Assembly: GCA_051362555.1 (NCBI GenBank)
Contig: CM120646.1
Span: 13,454,001-13,518,000 of the forward strand
Direction of reading: 5' to 3'
Length of the DNA stretch: 64,000 bases
Origin: Lingula anatina
Lineage: Eukaryota; Animalia; Brachiopoda
The notes under the pieces are model-generated. The model ran no database searches and was not told the origin of the DNA. It worked only from the letters and a program-made list of their open reading frames with translations. Made by a program: the position numbers and the translations under genes. Shown one piece after another: positions 36,781 to 51,200 of this stretch. How positions within the stretch are numbered: the stretch's first letter is position 1; the number at the start of each line of letters is the position of its first letter.

Positions 36781-39397
36781 GCAACTGATGCTTAGTACGC
36801 TATAAGAATGCAATGTTTTAAATAAGCAACTGCCCACCGGTTATCTACTTTCCACAGCTCGTAAAAGCGGTTTGTAATCTCTAGTTTCAACATGAAAATT
36901 TATTGATGGAAATATAAGAGTATTTTCTGAACAGTGACATTAAGATTTCTCTCTTGAGTATTAAGAATGCGAACGAATGCCACTATCGATATGCCAAAGA
37001 GACCATAACTTTCTCAATGGCTACAGATGTTAGTATACCTTGTTGATAAACGGGTAAGTTCTTGAATTCTCCTGGAAAATTTATATTAGAGTTGCACAGT
37101 GTAAGAAGGTTGAGTTGAATTAAATAGCGACATAAACTGCTTTTAAACCGCTGTTATATCAATCTTGCGACCGGTTGGAGAACGAACTAACACTGCATAA
37201 GGCTTTAATTATAATTGCTAACATTTGACAGTCAGTATCAAATTGTTGCTTAGTACGCTATAAATCATAACAAATAAACTTTAATTTTGCAGGTGTTCTT
37301 CTTGTTTCATTTTTGTCGAAGGTCCAGAGTAACAAGGGCTGTAGGAAACTTTTAACTACCTGTTTATCCCAATCGAAAACTTCAGTGCATGTACTAATAC
37401 ATACACTGTATACGTACATTTGTATAATGGCAGTTGTTAATCTTATAGTAAATGGATGCTAGTGAAAAAAAAGTGAAAATTTCTCCCCGTCTCCAGAATT
37501 CGTGGAAACCATGCACATCAACCCCTAGAAACACTGGCTCAAAATAATGTTCCTCGCTTATTACAACGTTATGATAACCAAGCGTTAATTAACCGTCTTG
37601 TGAAATCCTTAGCGCTATAACTCCCTTTAATTATTTTCCAGGATTTTTTGGCATTAGTGATTTGAAGATCTTTTGTCTGTAAATCATTTGATGTGTTAAC
37701 ACGCTCATCTGCCACTCCAGAGTGGTGCCAGACGTAACCGTTTGTCCAGAAACACCAGCACTGCATGTTTTTTTCTTTTTTCTTTTTTCTTTCTTTCTTT
37801 CTTTCTTTCTTTATTTTGTAGCTGCTATTATGGTTGATATATTGGTTGAATGCACTGCCAGCCACTACTTCCCATCCCACCTGACTTCCTACGCCTAAAT
37901 GTAAAACGGCTGTCGCTAAATCAAATTTTCAAATTTCAAATTCATTTCTTTGTGTGCATCGATAATTAAGTGAAAGGTGACCAACCAGACCCCCCCCCCC
38001 CCCCCAACTCTGCTCTGTACGACTCTTACGCCAATACAAATCTGTATCTATCTTTAAATTGTGTTCTGGCGCATGCAGACGCTTCTTTGTGTTTGACTGG
38101 TTACTTTATTTACACCAATAACTATAGTGCAGGACGTACCGTGAAGATTCATGAACGAATAAAGGTTAGCTAGCTACCATAGGACTTTAACAAAACATAC
38201 GCAGTCCACAGGGAAAACCCTGCACTGGACCGCTCGAATCGCTCTGCCACGGTACTCTACACCATGCAGTCAACAGAACCCGAGTAAAGTAACATAATTA
38301 ACACACCCATTAGACATATTATTTATCAACTTTGTAAACTCATATTGAGTTGATAAGCGGTAAGTAGGTGTTTCCAAGAAATTGTAGTGAAAATTCTGAC
38401 AACAGCGCCAATCTGACTCTTATTTCACTGTTATTTAGATAATCATGCAACACTATATTTTAAAGACATATCTACACGTTAACTTGATCCTCTCTACCGG
38501 AGGCCAGATCAGCGATGGCGTAAATTTGATTCAGGAAAGAGACCATAATTATCCAGAGATATATCTGTGAATATCCGATGATAAATATCATTCTCTGGCC
38601 GCGGTAGAGGTTTGGCATTGCTGAATAAACTTAAGTAAACTATTTGAAAAAATCACATTCCCAATTGTGTTAGTTGAGATGCCGACATTCTTTGCAAATA
38701 ATGGAACCAATTTAGCGCCTTTCCACTTAATCTTATTACCTTCTTCGGTTTGGTCTGAAATTATTTACGAAATATACATATCTCCACCATTATAAACACC
38801 TTCTCCAGGGAGTATTTTACCAACAAATGTATTTTTTGGGTGTTCTGCAGAGTGTGAAGCTTGATTTTGTACTCCAAGGGTTGCTTTTCTATGGCAAGGA
38901 CGATACATGGCCATTGTTTTGGAAAGGACCTCCTCCTCATACACACACACATACACACGAATACCAGGTAGGACGGCAATTTGCACCAAATAGCATTCCA
39001 CCATTTTCTGATCGGTTGGTTGGTTGGTTGGTTGGTGATCTGTTGCAGCACTCATTTTTAAAAAGTTAATTTCTCCTCAGTTTTTTTTTAACAACGCCTT
39101 GGTTGCATGAATCATTGCATTTGATAAATCTAAGTGGTCTCGTTATTCCTATCCCATGTTTCAATATGAAAACAAAAGCAATAAAAGCAGTCACGCAACC
39201 CCGTCAAACGCATAAAAATCAAGAAGAATCGATGGTGGTGGCTTTGTATTTGCAGCTTTTTGCAATGTTCCTTAATGCAACCCTTTAAAGCAAATTGTGT
39301 TCTTCAGAGCTGCCAGTGACGCACTGACTAAAGCAATGGTAAAAGTTGTTACCCAAAGAGGGTGGGGGCAAGGACAGAAATGAATCGCCTCCCTTTG

Positions 39398-39618
39398 CAT
39401 TGGCGGATTTAGGGGGGTGGGTGTCAAAGGGGTCCTGACCACCCCGTTGATTTCTGAAAAAATCACACCAATGGTCCCCTCTTACCGTTCGCCCTCTAGA
39501 ATACCAATTTTTTAGGGGAGCCTTCACTGGACCCCGAAATCCACGCCAAGGGTGGGGGGAGGTCGGTTTCACATCCACGGACCCCCATCCCTTTTAAATT
39601 ATCCTGGATCCGCCCCTG
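39398..39618. mobile_element. CA(T/G)(T/G)GGCGGAT-terminated MITE (hAT-like termini) with 5-bp TSD CTTTG
   Basis: CATTGGCGGATTTAGG / CCTGGATCCGCCCCTG ends; CTTTG at 39393-39397 and 39619-39623. Confidence 0.8.
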
Positions 39619-39798
39619 CTTTGTAAGATAATAGACGGTGACAATGTTTCTTCAGTGTGTAGGGTGCAGGGGTGAAAAACGCACTCGGTCTTTTCTCGTC
39701 TTTCTTGAAGTTGATATTTTTTTATTTAATTTAATTTAATTTTATTTTATTTATTTTTTTTTAGATTTATTAAATTTTATTAATTTATTCATCTATTT

Positions 39799-39833
<35 letters not shown>

Positions 39834-42213
39834 TTGGATTATCTGGGCTGGCAAGTAAAGTTCGGCGCTTCGATTTCGTTATTGCGCCCCACCATGTGTT
39901 GCTGATACACTGGCCTTAGTCATTCAGTCCCGGCTTGTTGCGTTTAAAACATGGGCTTATCAACCAGAAATTCATTTCGAACAGGGATTTGAATAATGTG
40001 ACCAAAGCACGTAATTTAGCTCGAAAAGAATCTTTAAACCGAGGCAATTCAACACCACACATGGTGTTCTAAATTGATGACGATCACTCAAGGAAAATTC
40101 TAAACTGACATATTGTCTATTATCAGTGGAACTTGATGCAGTGTTTACTGTACATGTATATTGAGGCGACCTAGCTGACTGAGCTAGGCATGCTTTCAGT
40201 CTTCGTTAATGATTCTGTGAAACGAAAGGCTGCCCAAGCAAGAACTGCCGTTATCAATATACCGGTATATATGATTCAGCTATCAAGTAATATAGCTGTA
40301 AATAATGAACAGAAGGGAGAATCGCCTTAGACTTAATTAGAAGCGGTGTGCCTATGGGTAGTTTGCAAGTCCTGAAAAGCATTTGCTTACGCAAGATTCC
40401 TGAAGCAAGGGAAGTTGAAATGATAACATAGATGGTTATTTGTCCAGTTTGGCGGAGGGTGTAAGACATTTTTGTTTATGCATTTCTTTATTAAAACAAA
40501 TTATAATCAAATCAGCAAAAGAAATTTAAAAAGCTAGGCTAGGCATGGAGTTATATTAAAGTTAAATAAAATTATTGATAAAAATATTGAAAGTAAAGTA
40601 ATCAGCTTCAAATTTAAATCATAATAAAAAATTTAAAGATATTTTAAAATGTCTTTGGGTCTACCTACAGTATGTCTCTTGCAGAGCTGAACGCCTTCCT
40701 ACGTTAAACAATCCATCAGTTGTCATATACGCTCCATATATACCTGGTATCCACTGGGACAAAATCCCATTAGAACAATTGCGGTTGCGTCAGGAAGTTT
40801 CTTCATGCAATGATCTTGTACATGCTTTGATGGGTTTACCTGAAAGAAATAAAATTTGATAATGCACCAGTATATGCCTGAAGGAGTGGAGATTTAATTT
40901 GTCTCTGGCCCCAATCAGGTGGTGCTCGGAAATACGCTGCGGGTCATTATAACCGTGGCGCGTGCCTTGATGGCCGGTTCGATTTTGAGGCATTTCATCG
41001 CAATGTTGAATGTGTTACGACACGCTGGTGTTAAAAAAACAATGGCGATTTACACCTCGGAGTTGAGATAGTTTGGAAACAAAATATTATCAATGTCTTC
41101 CTGATAAAAGAATCATTTCGCGGAAATAGACACATGGTCGCCGTCGCTGTTGTTGTCATGGTTCCGAGAAAAACAGCCTGTTACATTATATCTACGACGG
41201 GATGTCTACCGAAGACGAAAAACGCAAACGTATTCCAAGAGTTCAGGTTCAATACAGTTCCAGAAATCGAATAATAGCTTGTTTAGAAAAAAGATATCCC
41301 TGATGATGCAAGACTGGAGAGCATCATGTGAATAGGGGCATAATCTGATGGCAGAGTCAAGCAAACAAGACAGGTCGATGCATCAAATAATTACATTTTA
41401 AGGCAACAACAATGAAACGGTGGCACCTTTTCCTGCGACCTACTGCAACAAGAGGGGACAATATGCTGTAAAAGAGGAGACCTCTGTCGCCAAATTTTAC
41501 GGTAACTGGCTCTTAATTGATTTTAGAACTATTGAAAATCTAATTAAGAATAAAAATTTTGTTGAGTTGAAAAAACTTCGCGAGTGCAGTGATTCTTGTT
41601 CGTCTGGAACAGTGTTAACCATTGGGCACAATCGAATTTATTAGGAGGATCATTTGTACAATATGTGCCCAAAATGGAGCAAAATAGAACATGAATATAT
41701 CTCTGTTCTCTGACTGGAATATGAAAACATGGGAAAACAAGATTAGTTTTTACGAACAGCAGGAAAATACTCCAACGGAATGGACCCCAGGATTTCTTTG
41801 CACAATGTTTAAAATGTTTGACATTTTGCACAATGGTAAGGCAAAATCCCTATGCGCAAACCTCCTCACTGAAGTACATGGAGCCTGTGAAATCTGAGTA
41901 TGGGGCAGTTGCATTATAATTCTACTCACACTGTATGTCTCTATGTTAATTACACAAATCCATGGTCAATATTAGACAGCCGACCACGGTTTAGATACGG
42001 AATCATTCAGTTGACAAGTGTAGACAAAGGCATTCTGAAACAGCTGCTGCCGTGTCCAGCGCTGATATAACTATCAATTCTAAACCCCGTAGAGGCGTTT
42101 CGCCCTCGGTCGGATTAATGGCTTCTTTTATCAGTTCAGACGCATGCACAGGCAGCGCATTCTTTGGCTGAATCCCAGGATTCTGCGGAAATAAAAACGC
42201 TTTAACAGATACA

Positions 42214-45200
42214 ATGGATAAGATGGAGAATCCCCCGACAATGTTGGTGTTGGTGGTGCTGGGATTTAGTGTTTTTTCCGTCACACCCGCCACGGGTTCT
42301 TTCAATCAGAGCGGTAAGTATCAAGTACGTTGCACACATCCATGATTTATTATTACCTGCTTGTCTTTTCTACGATTAAGGCCATTTTCACGTAGTGCTT
42401 CATACTCATCTATGTTTATTGAAAGGCTGTTACAAGTACGTAAATGTGTCATCCTAACTTGGTCCCGTGCAAGACATGGCCAATTAACCAGTTTTGTTTT
42501 TATAGGTCCAAACTGTTGGAAACGAACTTGTGTTAGAGATTCCCCCTGCCCCATAACGTAAATTTATGTGAGGACCAGTCAAAAGGTTATGATCCACATA
42601 GGTCTATAGCACTATGTCATAAAGCTTAGCGTGGCCGCCAAGAGGTACATGGTAGCGCTTACGAGATTACTTTCGCTTACTGACCGCCTGCCCGTTTATC
42701 TATATCTTATGTATGTACAGTTGCACGTCCCCCATGTTGTCGTTAAACTCTATGATAAAAACCCAATGTCTCTTAACCTTTCATAGGATTTTTTTTTTTT
42801 TTTTTTTTTTTTGTAAAATACCAAACGACTGAATTTCGTCAGATCTCCATGTACTGTAGAACTGTATCCTTGGTCTTCCAAAAAGCATCATCCATTGCAA
42901 GGTGGCAGTGGTAGGGCCTCATATTTGTGGTTTGCATACAAAAATCAGAAGGGTACTAAAAGTATAAATACTTGTACCTCTGCCGTAGTAAGGAAGGTAA
43001 AAAAACAATAAAAACTTCAAACTGTATTTTAGAACGGTGCTCGGTACAAGAATTAATTATGTGAACTGTCAGACTGCTCTTATTTGATTTATGGATCTAC
43101 GAAATTTTCAATGCCATTACTCTATTCACAAAATTCTGTTTGTACAGTTATCGCAGTAATCGTATTCCATTTATCAACTTTAATAATTTGTATTTGGCTG
43201 TATTCCTAGCAGGAACTCAACGTGGCACTATTCTTGTACTCTGTTATCAGAGCATATACAAGGAAATTAGGGAAGGTTATGTCGAAGAAGCATTCCCAAT
43301 GGTATTTGTGAGATTTAGCTTATAGGTTTGCTAGCTATTGGCTTACATCTATTGATTAGATTATTCTTGTGTTCTCATAGTTTCATCCCTGTTGGACATT
43401 CCTTTCGGCATAAAAAGAACGTTTTCTACGACATCAAAGTAACACAATTCTTTTGTCATTAATAGAAACAAATGCGTTCCGCTTATATGTCAGCTTTTTT
43501 GCTTGCAAAGGGGTTATGTAGCCCCCTTGATTTCCGATATCAATGTTTTGATGTGAATTTGTCATTTTACTTGTCGATCTTATGGTTACGCATCAGTTCA
43601 GCTTGAGCGTCTAGATAGAAAAGCAAACGCCAACGGCCGAGTGCAAAAAAAGTGATATTTTGCCTAAGATTTTATCAACACAACGGATATATGGGTCTTT
43701 TATTTTCATTTTTTATTGAAATCATTAGAGGTAGAAATTTGAAATGCATGCACCCCCAGTTATAGTATATATTACGCATTTATATATATAGACATGTATT
43801 TCTTAACTTATGTCCAACTGGACTTGTGCCATACATGTAATACATGTGCCTTGAGTAATATTAAATGAAATTCCGCGTAGTAAGGATATCATTCTGTGAA
43901 AAGTTAGGTCCGTTTATCTCAGCCCAAAGATTCGCAGAAACAGACAAAAGTGCTCGATGAGAACTAGCTGTTGTAGTGGTTACTACCATGCGACTGATAG
44001 ACAGCTATTGTTTGACTCTGCGGTTACCCAAAAGATATGGAGAAGATACCGGAGAACGTCTGAAAATGGAGCAGGTATGCTCCCGAATATTCAAACATCA
44101 GTTACCAAGGCTATCAAAAATGATCTAAGAAAGCGGCCGAAGATGCACAGAATCATTTCATTAAAGTATCTCTCTCATGGTTTTTTTTTTTTCAAGTTGA
44201 CCAATGCAAAAAGGGGATATGTTAAGGTGTGAAAATCACTTTCATTTGATATAACGTTCTTAGATAATGCAAACATCGTCTCAGATGTAGAATTACATTG
44301 CGCAGCGTGTTGCTAATGTCTGCAACTGGTTTCTGCCGATACTGTTCCATGGCTTTCTATTAGAACAGTACTTGATCCGTGTATCACAAAAGGATGGTGT
44401 ATCTGAATCCATGCGTATATATGAGCTTTCGAGAGTGGATGTGCTTCGTGAGGTTTATGAATTATGTCACTCGAGGACTTCACGCAGGCTACGCAACCAC
44501 AAACACTACAGTGTGCTTTTACAATAATTTCCAAACCAAGCAAAAATGGAATTTATTGCCGTCATGTGGCACGCAGTCAACAGTCAGGAAAAGTTATCTT
44601 GGAGGATACTTACGCTCTAAATCGATACGTTAGGCAAGATATACAATGAACATTTGCATGTGTCCATAAATGTAGTTTTGGTCAATATATTTTTGATAGA
44701 TCGAGAAAGTTAACATCCTATTATAAACCCAGATTATATCAGGGACCGTGGCCGTTGAATTATCTGAAGTGTTCATGAAATAAGCATCAAGTTTCATTGA
44801 GGAGAATACTTAATTGCATTTCTGAGAATCTAGGGGGGTTGGTATGGATCCCTGAATTTGCAGAGCAAATTTCCGAGCAAGTTTTTGGTATTCACGACGG
44901 GGTATAAATCATCGATATTGATAAATCGATACCATTGAAAAAATGCTTGTCATACCAAGTTATGACAATAAAAAAAAATTTCATTTATGTCTTTCCCATC
45001 TTTACATTAAAACCAGAAATAAAGTTTTAACGCAAGCATGCATGCTAAACCTTTGAACATCGTGCAATTTTGTCATTTATTGATTTCAATTGTTTAAATT
45101 TAGTGGTTAAGAAGGCAAATATTGGCACATTTTATCGTTATGCACGCATGGCAAATCCACTTTACTTTGAATTCAAAAATCATGTGAAAACAGATTATAA

Positions 45201-48200
45201 TAATATGTGCACTTTAGTATTAGTCTTAACTTTTGGTTTTATGACAGATACGGCGACGTCGTTTTCATAGACTATTACATGACTATATAGTAAGCTCGTC
45301 TTGATGTTCAGTGAAAAAAAGAGAGCCATGCCAACAATACCTTAGATCACGCATTAGTTTTGGTAATACTATACCAATGTGTGTATAATAGGCCTATCCC
45401 AGAAGCCTTGCACGACACAAAAAGTAATGAGTCGTTTCTTTCCTGTCTATTTTATTCAGTCTTTTCCGAGACATATCCTCTCCAGAGGATTTAGTTTGCA
45501 CATTTGTTACACTTATGTTACATTTTATTATCACCATCACTTCCCCTATGCTTCCCCAATTCAGTTTTGAATATACAATGACGAATTCTGCGTTACCTAA
45601 TAATTAGCTTAGTTTCAAACGTTCTTTGAAAGCTTCAAGATTTGGCAGCGGTTTTGACAAATTGTTTTTAGCTACCGGGTACTACTTGATAATTATACCG
45701 AGTGCAAACGGTCTTTAACAATGCTGCCTGTGTGGTTGTTCGACAATTTACTTTTACTAGATGGATGGCAGCCATATACGAACCCAAACATATTGCTGTA
45801 ATTCCCAAACGTTTCCCTTAAGAAGTACGTAATGGTAGAAATATTCAATTTCGTTTAATACTTATAATGAGATAAGTCGCTCATTGGTTAAATTCAGGGT
45901 CAGGTGACGTGCAAAATACATATCTCTGGCTTTTATCGTCATAGTTGGTGGTCTTCGGCAGTGTGCTAAGTATAAACAGTGGTGTGCCTCAAAAGATAAT
46001 ACATATATTATGTATACATGTATAATTCCAAGTAATTATAAACATCCGTAATTATGTTGAAATTAATGTCCGCTAATAAACTGAGCCGAGTGGGCATTGC
46101 CTCGCACATGCAGGTCTTAGGATTGTAAAGGGATTTAAGTCGGGACTCACGAAGGGTTATAGATCCGTTTATTCCTTCAAAAGCAAAAACTATTTGTGCA
46201 ATAAATAATGAATTAGTTTCGCATATCAAAAATCTACAGACAACTCTGCCGATGGATTATTTGTTTGATTGCGGTTAGGCCGCACTTTTTTATTTTTATG
46301 GATGACATCCTCTGGGTACCCCAAAATCGGTGCGAGAGGGCGAAAAAAAAAAAAAAAAACAGTCCAAAAAAAAAAAACTGCTTAAGTAAAGGAATGCTGT
46401 CAGTACACAGCTGGAAACACAAATTTAACCACAGAAACACGTATCAAACTAACAATATGTCTTTATCCATGCTCTCAAAATATTAAAGCATTGTAAATAC
46501 TTCGTAGAAATGTAAAAAAAAGTCATGAATTGATATACTTCATATTACCAAATCTATTTAAGGTTATTTCATGCATTCATTTGGTATAGCAATCAATAAA
46601 ACAAATATCAATCAAACAGTGTGTCTTTATTTGTATTCTCAGAATATTAAAACATTTTGAACACTTCACAGAAATGTTTAAAAAATGATGCAAAGATATG
46701 CTTAATACTACCAAATCTATTAAAGGTCATTTCAGACGATGCCAATTTGTCAACTTCAACTCACACGAAGCAGCTAAACTGTCAGGTGGCCTGTCCGACC
46801 TTCAGCCCACCAAATACCTCGACGCCCTTGTCGACCCTTTCTTCGCTACAGAAAACCTGGTATTAATGTGCTGCTTTATACAGAATGTCACAGAAATGTT
46901 TCGGCCGCCGCCAGCCTTTCGCACAATTGTAAAAAGGTGATATCTCCATGCCCAATATCAATGACATACCAATCCAAAACGATGGCGCCCGTTCTCTTTA
47001 TGACTTTTATTGTTGTGTAATTTGAAAGTAATCCTAGAGATGAATTTGACAGCAAAGTGGCCGCTATTCCACGTGGCGAAAATACGCATGCGCAGAAAGC
47101 TCATTTCCTTGCAAATTCAATAACAACGTTTGCGACAACCGACTTCGTTGGGGGCTGGGGGGGGGGGCTTTTTTTTTTTTTTTTTTTTTTGGAGAACGGG
47201 CGAAAATCCATGCGCGCGCAGGATGTCATCCATAAAATTTACAAAGTGTGGCCTTAAGTGAAAAGGGGTTGGCCTAATTGTTCGCGCTATAGTCCGGTGG
47301 CTTAAGGAAAAAATCGTGACACGGCGGATAAAAGCACCAAATTTTGCATGTGGGTACCTTTTGATATTCTAAATCAAATTAGAGCCGTAGCCCACGGAAA
47401 AAATTTACCGTTTGGCCAAAAAATCCAAAATGGCCGCCAATTTATTGAATTCTTTAGAAATATGTACATACCTATGTTGATTTTTATCAAATAAATTATT
47501 TTCTCAGAGTTTTCCACACCCTTATTACCCATTTTATTCATATATGTCAGATAGCAAACAAGTTCCCTTGGACTTTTTGAAAAAATCCAAGATGGCTGTC
47601 ATTTGCCATAGAAACAGCCATAGGAATACTAGTGCACAACTATTACCAGCTAGAACGATACGTTGTCCACTATCAAATTAAGTCTGTTTCTCAGATCTTT
47701 GTTACCCACATAATATGTCTGTGGTGAGTAACTACGAAGTGTTCTTGGGCATTTTGGAAAATCCAAGATGGCTGCCATGTGCCACAGGAATTCTAGTATA
47801 CGGGGAATTCAACTAATGGCAACTGGAAAGATTAGTTTTTCACTATCAAATTAAGCTGGTTTCTGAGTGTTTTCCACATCCTTTCTACCCAAACAATATG
47901 TTTGTGGTTAGTAACTAACAGTATTCTTGGGCATTTTGAGAAAATCCAAGATGGCCGTCATATGTAATAGGAATACTTCTAGTATTACAAAGGGTTGGAA
48001 CTAATGCCAGCTAATTCACTATCAAATTCAGTTTATTTTTTTAGTGTTTTACACATTATTATTACACTGTGATACATATCTAGCAGGTAATAAATGTGCA
48101 TATTTGATCATTTTGAGAAAACCCAAGATGGCCGTCACTGGCCATAGGAATACTACTGGAATTACAACTGCACATCCATGGCTTTTCATCTACTACCAGG

Positions 48201-51200
48201 GTGAATTTGTTTTTGCTTATCAAGTTTTGCCCATCCTTATTAGTCCTATGATATATATCTGGTGGGTAAATAGTGTGTATCCTTGGATCTGAGAAAAAGA
48301 TACCTACAATTTGACATAGGAATACTAATGGGTGGGTTTCAATTGCTGCTAGAGAGGCATATGGTTCATTATACAATTACATTTCCATGGGTTTGTTTTA
48401 AAAATAATTTATGGTTTTCATTCCATTTATTATTACCCCTATGATGTATACCTGGTCTGTAGCATGTGTGTATCTTTGGGTATTCTGAAAAAATTCAAGA
48501 TGTCTGCCTTTTGTCATTAGAATATTCGAACACATAATCAAATAATGCTAGAGATACACCGAGTACGATTTAAATGTAGTTAAAGGACAACTCAGTGGGT
48601 TAGATTAATGTATAGAAGCAGGTTCTATGTAAAACTTTGATCAGATTTGTGTTTTGGGAGATTGTTTATTATTATATGAATAAGTCTGGGTCACAAAAGT
48701 CCTGTTAAGACAACTAGAATAAAGAATTAGAAAACGAAAACTATTTATCATGATTTCGGAGCACAGCCAGAAGTACTTCCGGCTCAAGGTCACGACCTCG
48801 ATTTTCCCACGCTTACGACCAATCACAGCAGGCTTCAGTCAGCATGAGATAGACGTCACGACTACACAGCGAAACTTGTCAGACATGTAAGTGCCGCCTG
48901 TCCATCTTTTCGGTACATGTACCGATCAAAAACAGAAAACGTAAAGCCCAAAACGCTCTCATACATGTAACCAACTTTGTATGAGAACAAATATTGTCAT
49001 TTATTGTGAACAGGATAATATGATAATCAGACACACTTGAGACCTGTGAAGCGCATACTCACGTGTCGAGGAGTAGTTTCGCCATTGCCTCGTATGTGAG
49101 TCCTAACTCAGCTTTAAGTGTCCTCCACCGCCCCACCTCCCTCCCAACATACACAGTCTGAGTGCTTCTTCGTCTGTCTCTAATTTTCTTTCGTATCTTT
49201 CGAACTGGAGTGGCTATTTTCTTTCGCCCCCTTTTGTCGCTCTCCTGTTCAGACTTGACGTGCGTCTGAGCCATGTTTGCTGTTTTGGCGCCAAATAGTA
49301 ACATCCGGGTCTCAGCCGTAGTTCTGAAGCCGTACTGTGAGGTGGAAGCTGAGTATTTAAGACGAGTCGTCTTTTATTATTTAATGGAACTTAAAAACGG
49401 TATTAGGTAGCTTCATTTTCTGAACGGTTTTGGATAGGATATACCTTGGTCATTATGGGGAAATTGGTGAGTTTTCCAGAAAAATTCATTTTCGTGCTAT
49501 TTTAAGGGTTTAACGCGCTGAGACTGTCTTTAACTTTGGGTCGTTTTTAAATGTTTTTCATATCCTATGAAAGACTATGTGTGTTTTGAAAGTGTATATA
49601 TCCATGAGTATTATTCGGAGAAAACCCAAGATAGCTGCCAGTTGTCATAGGAATATATCATTCAAATGCACATAGGTGTCAATTAATAGAACAGTTCAAA
49701 TAAAGCCGTTTGATGTTTAAACATGTTGACATCCTTATTAACCTTACTCTTTATAAATCTGGTGTGTAGCAAGTGTGCATCTTCCATATTTGAGAAAATT
49801 CAAGATTGCTGCAATTCACAATAGTCAACTACTGCAAGAGAAACATTGGGTTCAATATAAAATGAATTTTGTTTCTCGGTATTTCCCACATTCTTTTTTG
49901 GACTTTTAGATATCTATCTGGTGGGTAACAAGTGTATACCCTTAAGTACTGTCTTTTGAAAAAATATCATGATTAGCCTCATTTGCCTTAGAAGTGCCTA
50001 TAAAATCTAATGCACCAGTTTTCCTATGAGGAAAAGAAGGCCATCTTGGATTTCCCCAAAATGATAAAATATGGACATTAATTACCTAACAGATATGTGT
50101 CATGGGATAATAATACTAAAAAAAAAAAGAATAACAACTGAATTCAGCTTCATTTTATTTGTAAGCCTATCTCTCACAGGTATTAACTGAACCCCACCTT
50201 CTACGGCTAATGGCAGCCATTTTGTTTTGTTTTGTTTTCAAAAAGGATACACATAACATTCTCATCACATATGTATTACGTTAATTAAAAAGATGTGGAA
50301 AATACTCAGAAACAAACCTAATTTATCAATTAATATTATATCTCCATGGCAGAAGAAGCCCTATGTGTATACTAGTATTCCTTTGATATGGGGGCCATCT
50401 TGGATTTTTCTCGAATTGCCTGTGAATGAAGGTTAGTTACTCCCCACAAATATATTATTTGTGTAATAAGAAACAAAATTAATTAGATAGTGGGCAATGC
50501 ATCTTCCTAGTTGGCATTAGTTAGTTGAAAACCCTTGTACATGTTCTAGTATTCCTATGCCATACGGCGGCCATCTTTGATTTTTCAATAAGTCCAAGGA
50601 CACTAATTTGTTATCTGACACATATGCATAATATGGGTAATAAGGATGTGGAAAACATTGAGAAAATACTTAATTTGATAAAAATCAACATAGATATGTA
50701 TATATTTCTACAAAATTTCACAAATTGGCGGCCATTTTGGATTTTTTGGCCAAACGGTAAATTTTTTCCGTGGGCTACGGCTCTAATTTGATTTAGTATG
50801 TCAAAAGGTACCCACATGCAAAATTTGGTGCTTTTATCCGCTGTGTCACGATTTGGCCATTTTTTTGCCCTAAGCAACCGGACTACTAATAGTGCAGATA
50901 TCGATAAAGTAAACTGATTATAGTTTTCTGTGAAGTCAAGTTTTGTCCAAATAGAAAGGAAAATTAGCGTGTGTGGGCTTTATTCAAAATGTCCATAATG
51001 GCCATCAGTTTAATGTTACGTTAGCTGGATGTTTTCCATTACATTATGTATCCATGCAAGTGTGCATTTTTCTTATTTTAGAAATTCCAAATAAATAACT
51101 GTCCAGACAGTACGGGTAGAAATTACAGGGTATGCATGTTCACATCAGCAAAAATTTTAATACGTCAAGTACATGTACTTGTGAATATATATTTAAATAT

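Noticed and set aside
35622-36837. Overlapping alternative-frame and antisense ORFs in the GPCR
   Set aside because: Expected shadows of a GC-richer coding region, with no independent motifs.
40660-41340. Coding-like composition suggesting a decayed gene or transposase
   Set aside because: Frames are interrupted and I could not recognise a family motif.
47580-48500. Regularly spaced repeats resembling a CRISPR array
   Set aside because: Eukaryotic context, degenerate repeats, mutually similar spacers of ~160 bp and no cas genes. These are transposon subterminal repeats.
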